64,000 nucleotides of DNA from IMG/VR virus record IMGVR_UViG_3300028888_000084, positions 1 through 64,000 of that record; one strand, written 5' to 3'. Origin of the DNA: a virus. Lineage: Duplodnaviria > Caudoviricetes. Positions within the stretch are counted from its first letter, which is position 1, and the number at the start of each line of letters is the position of its first letter. The position numbers were made by a program, and so were the translations under genes. The notes beneath the pieces were generated by a model. The model was not told the DNA's origin. It made no database searches and saw nothing but the letters and a program-made list of their open reading frames with translations. Below are positions 1 to 9,269 of this stretch, in pieces.

Positions 1-3
1 CAC

Positions 4-438
4 CTACCAACTTGAACAGTAAAATAAATAATTATTATCAAAATCAAAAGTATTTAATAAAGTTCTTAAAACACCAATAGTTTCACAAACCTTAGTAAAT
101 AACCACATATCCATATCGTCATCACATACAAAATTATCTGCATAAAAATTATAATCACCATAATCGGTTTTTACTATATTGGCATTTACTAATGAACTTT
201 GCAAACTTAGCATTTCATTTAATATGCTTTGTAAATCATTGTATGTTACTTGATAGAACATACAATCGTCTGTGCCGTTCTGAACTAAACTAACAAATAA
301 CCTGTGTAACGTGTAGAACTTTCGCCAGTAAGCAATTTCATATACTGGAACATTACCATCGTTATCTAAAATTTCCTTTACTTTTTTAGCACTTTTTCTG
401 TCCTTTTTTACACTGTAAAGCATCATATCTAATCCCAT
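4..438 (-). CDS. conserved phage hypothetical protein (MGLDM...YWRK...SSW type)
   Basis: 144-aa ORF with a G-run RBS; motif pattern recalled from phage hypotheticals. Confidence 0.8.
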   Translation of the reverse strand: MGLDMMLYSVKKDRKSAKKVKEILDNDGNVPVYEIAYWRKFYTLHRLFVSLVQNGTDDCMFYQVTYNDLQSILNEMLSLQSSLVNANIVKTDYGDYNFYADNFVCDDDMDMWLFTKVCETIGVLRTLLNTFDFDNNYLFYCSSW

Positions 439-452
439 TTTATAACCCCCTT

Positions 453-860
453 TTATAACCTTCTAAACAACCTATTTTCATCCATAATGGGATCGAATTG
501 TGTGTAAAAAACACAGTCCCCATATTCACTAAAATCTGAATTTATTAGATTTTCTACATAACAGAAAACTATATTATTTCTTAAAGATGACTTGTAAAGT
601 TCACTTTCAATATCTTCACGTGTTACACATAGGAAATTCATAAATTCATTTGAAATTACAACACCAATAACTTTAATATCATTACTGCTTTGAATATCAG
701 AAATTTTATCATTAACTTTTTGACAAATTTCAGTAGTTAATAAAATGTTTGTATATACTGGAATTTCACCTTCCATTAAACCCCTTGCATCATTGTCTAA
801 GTCAAAGTGACGTAGAATTTCAGCACCTATTTCATAATATTTTCTATCATTTTCATTCAT
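453..860 (-). CDS. hypothetical protein
   Basis: 135-aa ORF with AAGGGGG RBS. Confidence 0.8.
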   Translation of the reverse strand: MNENDRKYYEIGAEILRHFDLDNDARGLMEGEIPVYTNILLTTEICQKVNDKISDIQSSNDIKVIGVVISNEFMNFLCVTREDIESELYKSSLRNNIVFCYVENLINSDFSEYGDCVFYTQFDPIMDENRLFRRL

Positions 861-1044
861 TATTAAAACCCCCTTATTCCTATCTTAATCTGTGATAGGT
901 TTCACAAATTTCATTCTTATTTGCCATTTTAAGATGTTTTACTATGTTAGATATATAACTTGTCTACCTACATATCAAAAGTGTCCCTACGTGTCAATAT
1001 GGAACGCACAAGGTCATTCTGATAAATCAGACAACCCACATTTT

Positions 1045-1290
1045 TTATTTTCTTTCATTATCGTAATCTGTAATTGCAATTTCATAATGTCTTTTTATTT
1101 TTTCTACTGGAATACCAATTACCTGTGCTATTTGAATAGCAGCATCTTCATCCATTTCGATCTTTTCTTTATCGAAATTGAATCCTTCGTATCTTTTCTT
1201 TATGATATTCACAAGATTTTCGTCTATTGGAATACCAACTTCCACTTGATTTTCTAATTCTACATTTTCTACCTTTCTTTTTCTACCCAT
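1045..1290 (-). CDS. hypothetical protein
   Basis: Start moved to MGRKRK, which follows an AAGGGGG RBS. Confidence 0.7.
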   Translation of the reverse strand: MGRKRKVENVELENQVEVGIPIDENLVNIIKKRYEGFNFDKEKIEMDEDAAIQIAQVIGIPVEKIKRHYEIAITDYDNERK

Positions 1291-1444
1291 TGTAAGAACC
1301 CCCTTCTTTAATTTGTTTTCCCAAAAATCTAAATATAACATATTTAGCCATACATTCATTACATATCTTGTAATCATTGTATGTAACTAATTCGTTAGAT
1401 TTACATCTTGGACATTGTGTTGCGTTATGTTTAATAAATTCCAT
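1283..1444 (-). CDS. small zinc-ribbon protein (53 aa, not in ORF track)
   Basis: MEFIKHNATQCPRCKS...ICNECMAK; two CxxC motifs; AAGGGGG RBS; promoter-like sequence just upstream. Confidence 0.65.
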   Translation of the reverse strand: MEFIKHNATQCPRCKSNELVTYNDYKICNECMAKYVIFRFLGKQIKEGGSYNG

Positions 1445-1503
1445 AACCTTCAACCCCCTTCCTTACAATAACATTATATTATAATGTCAAGGCAAAGTCA
1501 AAT

Positions 1504-1725
1504 TTAGTCATATATATGACTTTTTGAATCTATGTAACATATTTCGTTACGCCAATTCTTCTTTTTATCTATTGTATCCTCTATTATTCTATCGTATTGT
1601 GATAGTAAGGCATCACGAAATCCACGATATTTTCTGCCGTCTATGGTATATCCTTTCTTTTCCTTCTTTATGGGTATCTTATAATAACTGCAAATATCAA
1701 ATAAATACCTTTCACCTTTCAACAT
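1504..1725 (-). CDS. hypothetical protein
   Basis: 73-aa ORF overlapping the end of the upstream gene. Confidence 0.6.
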   Translation of the reverse strand: MLKGERYLFDICSYYKIPIKKEKKGYTIDGRKYRGFRDALLSQYDRIIEDTIDKKKNWRNEICYIDSKSHIYD

Positions 1726-2029
1726 ATTTTTTCATTTCCTTTTCTAAGTCTAACTTCAATAAATTGTTGTTATAAGATACACCGTCTATTTCGTTTTGCA
1801 ATTCAATTTCGTCTACAATTTCATATGTTGTTATACCATTAGATAACTTATTTTTCTTCATTACACTATATTGGAAATATGAATCTAAAGGACTATCTTT
1901 GCAAATTACTTCAAGTAAAACTAAATAGTCTTCTGCATCATATTCTGCTATTAAATCGCCATCTTCGTAATCAATGGCACGATTATTATTTTCTGTATCT
2001 ACGAATTTCTTGAATTTTTCCATATTCAA
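1712..2029 (-). CDS. hypothetical protein
   Basis: 105-aa acidic ORF with G-run RBS. Confidence 0.75.
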   Translation of the reverse strand: MNMEKFKKFVDTENNNRAIDYEDGDLIAEYDAEDYLVLLEVICKDSPLDSYFQYSVMKKNKLSNGITTYEIVDEIELQNEIDGVSYNNNLLKLDLEKEMKKYVER

Positions 2030-2035
2030 AACCCC

Positions 2036-2479
2036 CTAAAATAAATATTTATTGACTTCTGTCATAGTCATCTTTTTTACTGTATCACATAATTGACCTT
2101 CACTAAAATCGTAAAAATCAAATTCTATGTCTACATATTCTTTGTCCATAAAACCATTGTCATCCTGAACTGTAAGCATAAACGTGTTATTTTGAACCAC
2201 GTCATAAATCTTACTGTCATAGATTTCATGATTCTTAATTGATTCACGCAAATCCATTGGATAATTACAAGCGTGATAATATGCAATTTCATCCACATTA
2301 TCAGCAATAATCTTATCGCCAACAGGGACAATTTCTGATGTTATTTTTGCACCATCATTCATTTCAATTTCACATCTTAAAATCACGTCATCTTCGTCAA
2401 AAAGTAATGCGTCTTTACATTCATTTAATCTGTGAAAAATACTAAATTTTATTTCTTTAATATCGTCATTACAAAACAT
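2036..2479 (-). CDS. hypothetical protein
   Basis: Start moved to MFCNDD, after an AAGGGGG RBS and downstream of a TTGACT/TATAAT promoter. Confidence 0.75.
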   Translation of the reverse strand: MFCNDDIKEIKFSIFHRLNECKDALLFDEDDVILRCEIEMNDGAKITSEIVPVGDKIIADNVDEIAYYHACNYPMDLRESIKNHEIYDSKIYDVVQNNTFMLTVQDDNGFMDKEYVDIEFDFYDFSEGQLCDTVKKMTMTEVNKYLF

Positions 2480-2539
2480 AACGACTAACCCCCTTCCTTT
2501 TACAATACTATTATATAACAAAATTACATAATAGTCAAA

Positions 2540-3502
2540 TTAAAGTAACCTAATTACTTTATCGGCGACTGTTTTGTAATTATCTGTTTTACCTTCAGTT
2601 AGTTTACTAAAAAACGTTTCGTTTAGTTCTTTAATGGCTTCAGATAATTTACGTTCACGTTTTATTATTCCATCTTTTACAAGATAAATTTCTATAACTT
2701 TGTAATACCTTCCAACACCAATTTTATTTATCAATTTTTGTTGAACCATATTATAGTATTCCACTGCTTTATTTGTGTTATACAATTCATAGATGTTTTC
2801 AGCATCAAATTCTGTTAATGTCTGATATTCAATGTCGGCGATAACTTGAATTTCCTTCTGACTTGCTCGGCGAAATTCGTCAGAAATATCAACAGGTCTG
2901 TAAACATCAACTTTTTCATCACCATATCTGTCTTTATCGGATTTTACAATTACAGTATTTTTTTCAAAAATTTCTTGAACATAAAATACTTCTTGGAATT
3001 TGATTATTTTTTGTTTTTCCATTTTGTTTAAAGTCCTAAATAAAACAGATTTGTAATTTCTTTGGCTTTCTTTGTATAACTGTTCCACAACTTCTATCGG
3101 AACATTTAATTGTGCAGATAATTTATTTCTGTGCCACAGATAACTGAAATATAATTCATTTACAAAACCTACATTTTCTGCAAGTTCGTTTATTGTAGCA
3201 CAGTATAATAAATTACCATTCATTTCTATATGGTTGCTTAAGATTTTGCACAACACAAATTCTAACAATTCATAGTATAAACTTCCTTGTGCTGACATAT
3301 CGGGCAAAGGTTCATTATACACTTTTTTGATTAGATACTTGTGTCCATCTTTTACGAAATCCATATATCTTTTTAATTCTTTTTCTTGGGCAACTTTTGA
3401 ATTACCCGATAAAATAGGAATTTTAAGAAGGCTACAAAGTGCTCTGTAATTGGGTATCAAGTCGCCGTCTTTCACACCAAATACGTTTTTTCGTTCAATC
3501 AC
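2540..3502 (-). CDS. hypothetical protein, possibly DNA-binding or origin-associated
   Basis: 320-aa ORF; N-terminal NYRALCSLL...GNSKVAQEKELKRY; lies next to the repeat-rich intergenic region; function is inference only. Confidence 0.6.
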   Translation of the reverse strand: MIERKNVFGVKDGDLIPNYRALCSLLKIPILSGNSKVAQEKELKRYMDFVKDGHKYLIKKVYNEPLPDMSAQGSLYYELLEFVLCKILSNHIEMNGNLLYCATINELAENVGFVNELYFSYLWHRNKLSAQLNVPIEVVEQLYKESQRNYKSVLFRTLNKMEKQKIIKFQEVFYVQEIFEKNTVIVKSDKDRYGDEKVDVYRPVDISDEFRRASQKEIQVIADIEYQTLTEFDAENIYELYNTNKAVEYYNMVQQKLINKIGVGRYYKVIEIYLVKDGIIKRERKLSEAIKELNETFFSKLTEGKTDNYKTVADKVIRLL

Positions 3503-3556
3503 TTTAAAGCACCCCTTTCCACCCTATTCTATCTTTTACGATCGTTTTTGTAAATT

Positions 3557-3731
3557 GTTAAGAAATCCATAGTATTAGGATATCCTCAAGTCTTTTCAGT
3601 TCGCCAAAGATTACAGTCTTTGGTTTATGCCAATACTGTGTTGTTCACTTAATTGTGGTAATCCTGTAAGATTATTATTCCACAATATTAAACCTGATAC
3701 TTGCTATCAGCACTTTTTAGCATTTCTTAAC
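3557..3731 (-). ncRNA. candidate structured RNA (5' leader or stand-alone sRNA)
   Basis: Closing stem GTTAAGAAAT/ATTTCTTAAC enclosing several hairpins; begins just after a sigmaA-type promoter; no ORF. Confidence 0.55.
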
Positions 3732-3745
3732 TCATTAGCATACAT

Positions 3746-3774
3746 ATCATAACACATATTGTAAAAAATGTCAA
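3746..3774 (-). promoter_or_regulatory. sigmaA-type promoter
   Basis: TTGACA-17 bp-TATGAT with extended -10 TG. Confidence 0.75.
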
Positions 3775-3825
3775 TGCCTTTTTTAAAAATTTTTATAGGT
3801 CTTACAAAATTCATAAATCTTTTAC

Positions 3826-3964
3826 AGTAACAAGTACTTGTAGGTAATAGTAACAAGTATTTGTAACTATTAGTAATATATATATATATATAAAATAATA
3901 ACTCACAATAGTAACTAAAGGTAATATATTATCTGTTACTATTAGTAACAAGTACTTGTTACTA
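3826..3964. repeat. AGTAACAAGTA repeats, (TA)n tract and 22-bp perfect palindrome; candidate origin
   Basis: AGTAACAAGTA at 3826, 3849 and 3944; palindrome TAGTAACAAGTACTTGTTACTA at 3943-3964; (TA)n at about 3876-3892. Confidence 0.75.
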
Positions 3965-4146
3965 TACGAAATCGATATAAAATTTTGCGAAATTGTTACT
4001 TTTGTGAAGTTGAAATTTTATTCAACTTTTTCTTTTATCAGCCTTAGAAAACTTTTCAATACTTTGAAAAGTTTCGATTGAGAAATTTCGGCGTTTTACA
4101 TATTAGTAAAATTGAAAATCTACATACTTACGAGTATACAAATCTT

Positions 4147-4317
4147 TGTAACATAATTGTAACATTTTTGTAACACAAATTTAATATAAATTTAATATTT
4201 CTGTAATATAAATCTTATAAAATGGCTACCCTATGCAATTCTTTATGTTACAAAATTGTAATAAAAACTTAATCTTTTGTAACAAAAATGTAACATAAAT
4301 TTAATATAATTGTAACA
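4147..4317. repeat. two arrays of T(G/T)TAA(C/T)A with 11-bp period
   Basis: Units at 4147, 4158, 4169, 4180, 4191, 4202 and at 4278, 4289, 4300, 4311. Confidence 0.8.
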
Positions 4318-4382
4318 TTTCTAAAGTGCAAATTTTGCACTTTACCTACTGGTAAACAAAAAAAAGAAAGCCTTGTATTTTT

Positions 4383-4664
4383 TTACAAGGCTAATATTTT
4401 TTCGATTAGTTTAATTTTATTTGTTTCAGAATTTGAGGATTCACAAATTTCACTAATTTTTTCAACCTTATTTTTGTCGGAAATAATTTTATCTACATTT
4501 ATAATTTGATTAGGAAATTGCCTAACTTTTTGACCTTCAAATTCTATCACGCAAGTTTTTGGTGATATTGAAATTATAGTTCCTACGCCAAAAAATCTAT
4601 AACCAACTTGCATAAAAATTACTTTCGTGCTTATTTCTAATTCATTTCCGAATACATCTTTCAT
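4383..4664 (-). CDS. hypothetical protein
   Basis: 93-aa ORF with G-run RBS. Confidence 0.75.
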   Translation of the reverse strand: MKDVFGNELEISTKVIFMQVGYRFFGVGTIISISPKTCVIEFEGQKVRQFPNQIINVDKIISDKNKVEKISEICESSNSETNKIKLIEKILAL

Positions 4665-4675
4665 ACCTATTCCCC

Positions 4676-5200
4676 TTATATATCCATTATAGAATTATAA
4701 TATTTCAAGTATTGTTGTAAATCAAATTCACTTGAAAAATGTTCTGCAAATGGTTTTATTCTAACAATCGCATTACAAAGTTTGTCTTTTAAATTCTCAT
4801 CAAATTCCCTCTTCTTTTTACTTTGCATAATGCTTTTTTGAAAATTTAATATTTTAAGATTATCAGCCAACAAATCTAAAACATCACCTATACTATAATT
4901 TCTTTGAATATACCAATACATTGTATACCACAATATATACACATCTATATAATCTAAATTTTCTTCTTTTACTATACTTGAAGGAATTAGATATATAGGA
5001 TTTATTGTATAATCCCTATTCGTGATTTTCTTCGTGTTATCGTCATAATTATTAAAAGATACTATGGTTCTATGATATTGATTTACATCCCATACACTTA
5101 AATCAAAATTAAAATCAGATGTAATTCTGCCAACTCTTAATTTATTATAATAAATAAAATAAACATCTTCACCAGCTTTAATTTTAAAATCAAAATCCAT
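4676..5200 (-). CDS. hypothetical protein, paralog of 5220-5756
   Basis: MDFDFKI start after a GGGGG RBS; shares ENLDYIDVYIL with its neighbour. Confidence 0.8.
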   Translation of the reverse strand: MDFDFKIKAGEDVYFIYYNKLRVGRITSDFNFDLSVWDVNQYHRTIVSFNNYDDNTKKITNRDYTINPIYLIPSSIVKEENLDYIDVYILWYTMYWYIQRNYSIGDVLDLLADNLKILNFQKSIMQSKKKREFDENLKDKLCNAIVRIKPFAEHFSSEFDLQQYLKYYNSIMDI

Positions 5201-5219
5201 TTTTGATACCCCCATTCTT

Positions 5220-5756
5220 TTACGATTCAATAACGGAATTATAATACTTTATAAATTCTTCATAATGGCTATCTGGACAACGGTCTTTAAAACTATCAAC
5301 AAAAGGTTTCATTGTAATAATTGCTTTATAAATTCTATTTTTTAATTCGTTATTAAATTCTTTTTTCTTTTTACTTTTCAAAATTTCTTTATCAAAATTA
5401 AAAATGTGTAAACTATCGCACAAATCCTTTAAAGTAGAATTCATATTTTGTATCGCACTATGTCCTTGCATTAAACGCAATAATATATATACATCTATAT
5501 AATCTAAGTTTTCTTTTTTTGCTACACTTATAGGTAACACTGCAAGACAATTTACGTCAAAATGTCTAATATTTTTTATACCATTATAACCTTCTTCTAT
5601 ATAAGTTATTTCTGGATATCTGGTTTGTTTTTTATCTAAAGTTGTTAAATCAAAATTGAATTCAGAAGAATTGCGTTCAAATTTACCTACTGCTATACCC
5701 CCATATAAATTAAAACAAACTTCTTCATTAGGTTCAATTTTAAAATTGAAATCCAT
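5220..5756 (-). CDS. hypothetical protein, paralog of 4676-5200
   Basis: MDFNFKI...ENLDYIDVYIL...SKKKKEF. Confidence 0.8.
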   Translation of the reverse strand: MDFNFKIEPNEEVCFNLYGGIAVGKFERNSSEFNFDLTTLDKKQTRYPEITYIEEGYNGIKNIRHFDVNCLAVLPISVAKKENLDYIDVYILLRLMQGHSAIQNMNSTLKDLCDSLHIFNFDKEILKSKKKKEFNNELKNRIYKAIITMKPFVDSFKDRCPDSHYEEFIKYYNSVIES

Positions 5757-5769
5757 AATAAAACCCCCT

Positions 5770-6348
5770 TTATTTATCCTCTTTATTTTTGTCTAAATTT
5801 TCTTTTTCTATTCTTTCTTGCCTTACTTTTTCAAATAAAGCATCTAATTCCATATTATAATCGGATTTGTTTTTAATAATATTACCACTATCTACTTTTT
5901 TTAATTTTTTAGTTTCATCAATTTTATTTTTAATATTATCTACTATTTGGTCATTATCTTCTTTTTTTATTACAGGCACATCAAATCTGTCTGTTAATAT
6001 TCTCGGTCTATAAAATCTATTTTCCATACCTTTTTCTATTTCTTTTTTGGCATTGATAATACCTTTGATTTGACCATATAAAGTATTCATATCTGGAAAT
6101 CGCTTTTCAAGTTCTGATAAAACATATAGTTCGTCTTTCTTTTTTCTTCTTTCTAATAAGATATTTTTTCTTTCTTTTGCCCACACAAGCATCTTAGCAC
6201 CATTCATAGATTTTAATTCTAATTCGTGGTCTAAATCTCCAAGCATTTTATCGTAATCGCCAACTTGATTAAATAAAATTTCTCTTTGTCTTTTCATGGT
6301 TGTTACGAAATTCAGTAAATCTTCTACACTATCTTTGGTATCAAACAT
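5770..6348 (-). CDS. coiled-coil hypothetical protein
   Basis: 192-aa charged, helical-looking ORF with RBS. Confidence 0.75.
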   Translation of the reverse strand: MFDTKDSVEDLLNFVTTMKRQREILFNQVGDYDKMLGDLDHELELKSMNGAKMLVWAKERKNILLERRKKKDELYVLSELEKRFPDMNTLYGQIKGIINAKKEIEKGMENRFYRPRILTDRFDVPVIKKEDNDQIVDNIKNKIDETKKLKKVDSGNIIKNKSDYNMELDALFEKVRQERIEKENLDKNKEDK

Positions 6349-6366
6349 TTTATAACCAACCCCCTT

Positions 6367-6948
6367 TTAACGTAAATTATCGTAATCTTTCTTTAAGTAA
6401 CTAAAGTAATGTGTTCCTATACTTTTATAACTTATTGCCCAACTAAAATAGTAATCAGCTCTAAAATATAATATGTATTTTGGAAATATGTTACCATTGT
6501 CAATAACATCTTCTACTGCTTTGATACATTCGTTCCAAGTTTTATTGTCAGTTATATTCAATGAACTTATCTGCTTTGCTGGTGTAAATTGTCCTTTAGC
6601 ATATATAACATCATATATTGTGTTTCCCCAGTGCCCACTTTCTAAACGATTAAATACTATACTAGCAACTGCTTTTTTACCCTCGTAAGGTTCACCCCTT
6701 GCCTCTAAATAAACAAGTTTAATAATTAATTCTTTGTCGGAATCACAAATTTCATATGCTTTTTTGACTTCTTCTACAACAACTTCTTCTTCCATAATTT
6801 CTTCTACATTTTCTTCTACATTAAATGTTTCTACAATTTCTACATTATCAATATTTTGTTCTTCTTGTATGCTTTTATTATCTATTAAGTTCATATTAGA
6901 TAATGCTATCAAATTACATACAAGAAGAACTTTAGTAATACGCATCAT
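6367..6948 (-). CDS. cell wall hydrolase, SleB/Hydrolase_2 family
   Basis: VYLEARGE.YEGK.AVASIVFNR...DVIYAKGQF...YF...IGTHYF; N-terminal signal-like segment. Confidence 0.85.
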   Translation of the reverse strand: MMRITKVLLVCNLIALSNMNLIDNKSIQEEQNIDNVEIVETFNVEENVEEIMEEEVVVEEVKKAYEICDSDKELIIKLVYLEARGEPYEGKKAVASIVFNRLESGHWGNTIYDVIYAKGQFTPAKQISSLNITDNKTWNECIKAVEDVIDNGNIFPKYILYFRADYYFSWAISYKSIGTHYFSYLKKDYDNLR

Positions 6949-7012
6949 ATTATCACCACCCTTCTGTTACTATAATAACAGATTGGTATCTATTTTGTCA
7001 AATTTATGCTAC

Positions 7013-8530
7013 TTATACGGCTGCAAATGCTTGTTCAAGACGTTTGTCTTGTATTCTTTGTTCGCAATCTTTACAAATTACATTTCTTTGTCTTGCGAAG
7101 TTAGAATCAAACATTTTTTCGCCACATTCTAAACAATAGATAAATTGATTACCTATATTAAATCTTATACATTCACCAGTAGTTTTTTGCATAGTTGATG
7201 GCATTACAATGTAATAAATAGGATCTGTATAATGGAAATTACCACTTGCATTTATACTGCCTTGTAAATTATTTGTATCGTGGTCACTGCAATACCATTC
7301 GTTTTTTATACCTAAATATTTAGACATTATTTCTTCCATTAAATATCTAAATTCTGAACAAGTTTCTTTAGACATATTTGGATATGGTTTATTAAATGAC
7401 ATAGCACCTGTATTTTTATCTATATTTATCATTAATCTTGCTTGTTTACTATTCCACATAAATTTTTCATGTTGAATATAATTGTATTCAACTTTAGTAT
7501 CTTTACCTATAAAACCAACCAATGATGCCTCGTCTAACATTAAACTATAACCTGCTGTTTTGAAAAGTCCGTCTACTGCATTATGACAAGATTTCCAGTT
7601 GTGGTTATTGATTGATACAGTTATAAAATCACAAGGATCGATAGATACAAACATAGAAGTTTTAACCCTTTTATTTTGTAATATTTTACTGTAATCTATA
7701 TCGAATTTGACATCATTAAAATAACTACTTAAAAATTTACTTAACTTCATTCCTTCTACATAATGGTCTGTTAAATTACTTAACATTTCATTTTTAGGAC
7801 AAACATTATTAATAAAATCTTCTGTCGTGAAATTTCTTAACATTATAGTATATATATCATAATTATATAATAAATCGTCTACTTTTTTTGCTAATTCAAC
7901 TTCAGACGCAACTAAATCTATATCTTTTTTTACAAATAAATTCTTATCAAACATTAAATAATATTCATATTTATTTTCTGCCCATAATTGTAAATATTTA
8001 TCCACCACGTCATCACTTATTGGTGGAACACTACTTTCATAATTCCTTCTTGGTAATGACATCATTTTCTTTAAATTTTCTTTATCAACTTTAGATATCA
8101 TTTCCTTTATAATTTCAGGATCTTTATTTTCTATTTTAATATCATATTTTAAAATATCTGTATTTTCTTCTTCCTTTGGGAAATTTTCTATACTTTCATC
8201 ATCTATTATAAACATTTTTAATGGTATATCTATTCTTGACCTTTCTATTATTGGGAAGTATATGCCACTACTTTCATAATTACAAGCATTAATTCTGTCA
8301 AGCATCGCTTGATTAATAGTAAATTTCTTTCCTAAAACCTTTTCTGTTATACCCGCTATTTGATATTGATAAAATGAACCTACACCTTCTAAACTACCGA
8401 AATGTTCTACAATTTCATCTTGTGTCATAATGTGCATTTTCATACCTTTTTTTACATTAAACCACCTTGCTGTTTTACTTGGTCTTGAATAATAAGACCT
8501 AATTGCTATTGATGTTGAAATTTCACTCAT
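7013..8530 (-). CDS. hypothetical protein with SIDPxD..WxSCH domain and C-terminal Zn finger; paralog of 11238-13244
   Basis: 505 aa; GMKLSKFLS, SIDPCDFIT, WKSCH, CLEC..CKDC. Confidence 0.8.
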   Translation of the reverse strand: MSEISTSIAIRSYYSRPSKTARWFNVKKGMKMHIMTQDEIVEHFGSLEGVGSFYQYQIAGITEKVLGKKFTINQAMLDRINACNYESSGIYFPIIERSRIDIPLKMFIIDDESIENFPKEEENTDILKYDIKIENKDPEIIKEMISKVDKENLKKMMSLPRRNYESSVPPISDDVVDKYLQLWAENKYEYYLMFDKNLFVKKDIDLVASEVELAKKVDDLLYNYDIYTIMLRNFTTEDFINNVCPKNEMLSNLTDHYVEGMKLSKFLSSYFNDVKFDIDYSKILQNKRVKTSMFVSIDPCDFITVSINNHNWKSCHNAVDGLFKTAGYSLMLDEASLVGFIGKDTKVEYNYIQHEKFMWNSKQARLMINIDKNTGAMSFNKPYPNMSKETCSEFRYLMEEIMSKYLGIKNEWYCSDHDTNNLQGSINASGNFHYTDPIYYIVMPSTMQKTTGECIRFNIGNQFIYCLECGEKMFDSNFARQRNVICKDCEQRIQDKRLEQAFAAV

Positions 8531-8567
8531 AAATAAAACCCCCTTAAAATTAAAATAATTATATATA

Positions 8568-8597
8568 AAGTGGTGGCTTTTTTACACCACCACTTTA
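8568..8597 (-). terminator. intergenic hairpin, probable terminator
   Basis: AAAGTGGTGG / CCACCACTTT inverted repeat. Confidence 0.6.
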
Positions 8598-8604
8598 TTA
8601 TTTT

Positions 8605-9102
8605 TTAATACTCGTCGTCATCCTCGTCATAGTCATCATCATCATCATAATCATTATCGTCATCTGATGAAATTCTGTTTAATAAATCTTCAACTAATTC
8701 GTCTGTATCAACACCATTTTCACTTAATGTGCGAAGTGTATTAAGCATTTGTGAAGATATATTATCTAAGTCCTCTTTTGCTTTCTTTACTATTGGATTT
8801 TCTGCTGTGAATATGGTAGTTAAATCTGCACACGCCTCACGACCTGTATATAAATACTTTAATGCCTCTGAAATTTGGTCTGCTTGTGGCATTGTCAAAA
8901 AAGCACTAACTTTGTCAATTTGATGACCACCTTTAACGTCTGCTAAACCATTAGGATTTAGTCTTACAAATCTCCCATCTTTTCCGAACATTGAAGGCAC
9001 ACCCGAATCATCTCTTAAAAGAATGTATTCGTGTCCTTTTTTTGTTGTTAATATTGCACCTGATGCAATATCGCTAACACTTTTGATTGCTGTTTTTTTC
9101 AT
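8605..9102 (-). CDS. hypothetical protein with highly acidic C-terminal tail
   Basis: 165 aa ending DDDNDYDDDDDYDEDDDEY; preceded by tandem promoters. Confidence 0.8.
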   Translation of the reverse strand: MKKTAIKSVSDIASGAILTTKKGHEYILLRDDSGVPSMFGKDGRFVRLNPNGLADVKGGHQIDKVSAFLTMPQADQISEALKYLYTGREACADLTTIFTAENPIVKKAKEDLDNISSQMLNTLRTLSENGVDTDELVEDLLNRISSDDDNDYDDDDDYDEDDDEY

Positions 9103-9152
9103 AACAATTCCCCCTTAAATTTTAATTTTTTATTTGTTTGTTTTACTGTCTA

Positions 9153-9265
9153 TATTATAACCCGAATAAGCCAATTTTGTCAACTTATTCATATTATAAC
9201 CAAATTGTTTTGTCGTTATTCCCAACGACAACATTATTATACTACAAATCGACTTTATATGTCAA
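9153..9265 (-). promoter_or_regulatory. tandem sigmaA-type promoter-like elements
   Basis: TTGACA at about 9178-9183 and 9260-9265, with TATAAT boxes downstream. Confidence 0.55.
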
Positions 9266-9269
9266 GTTT

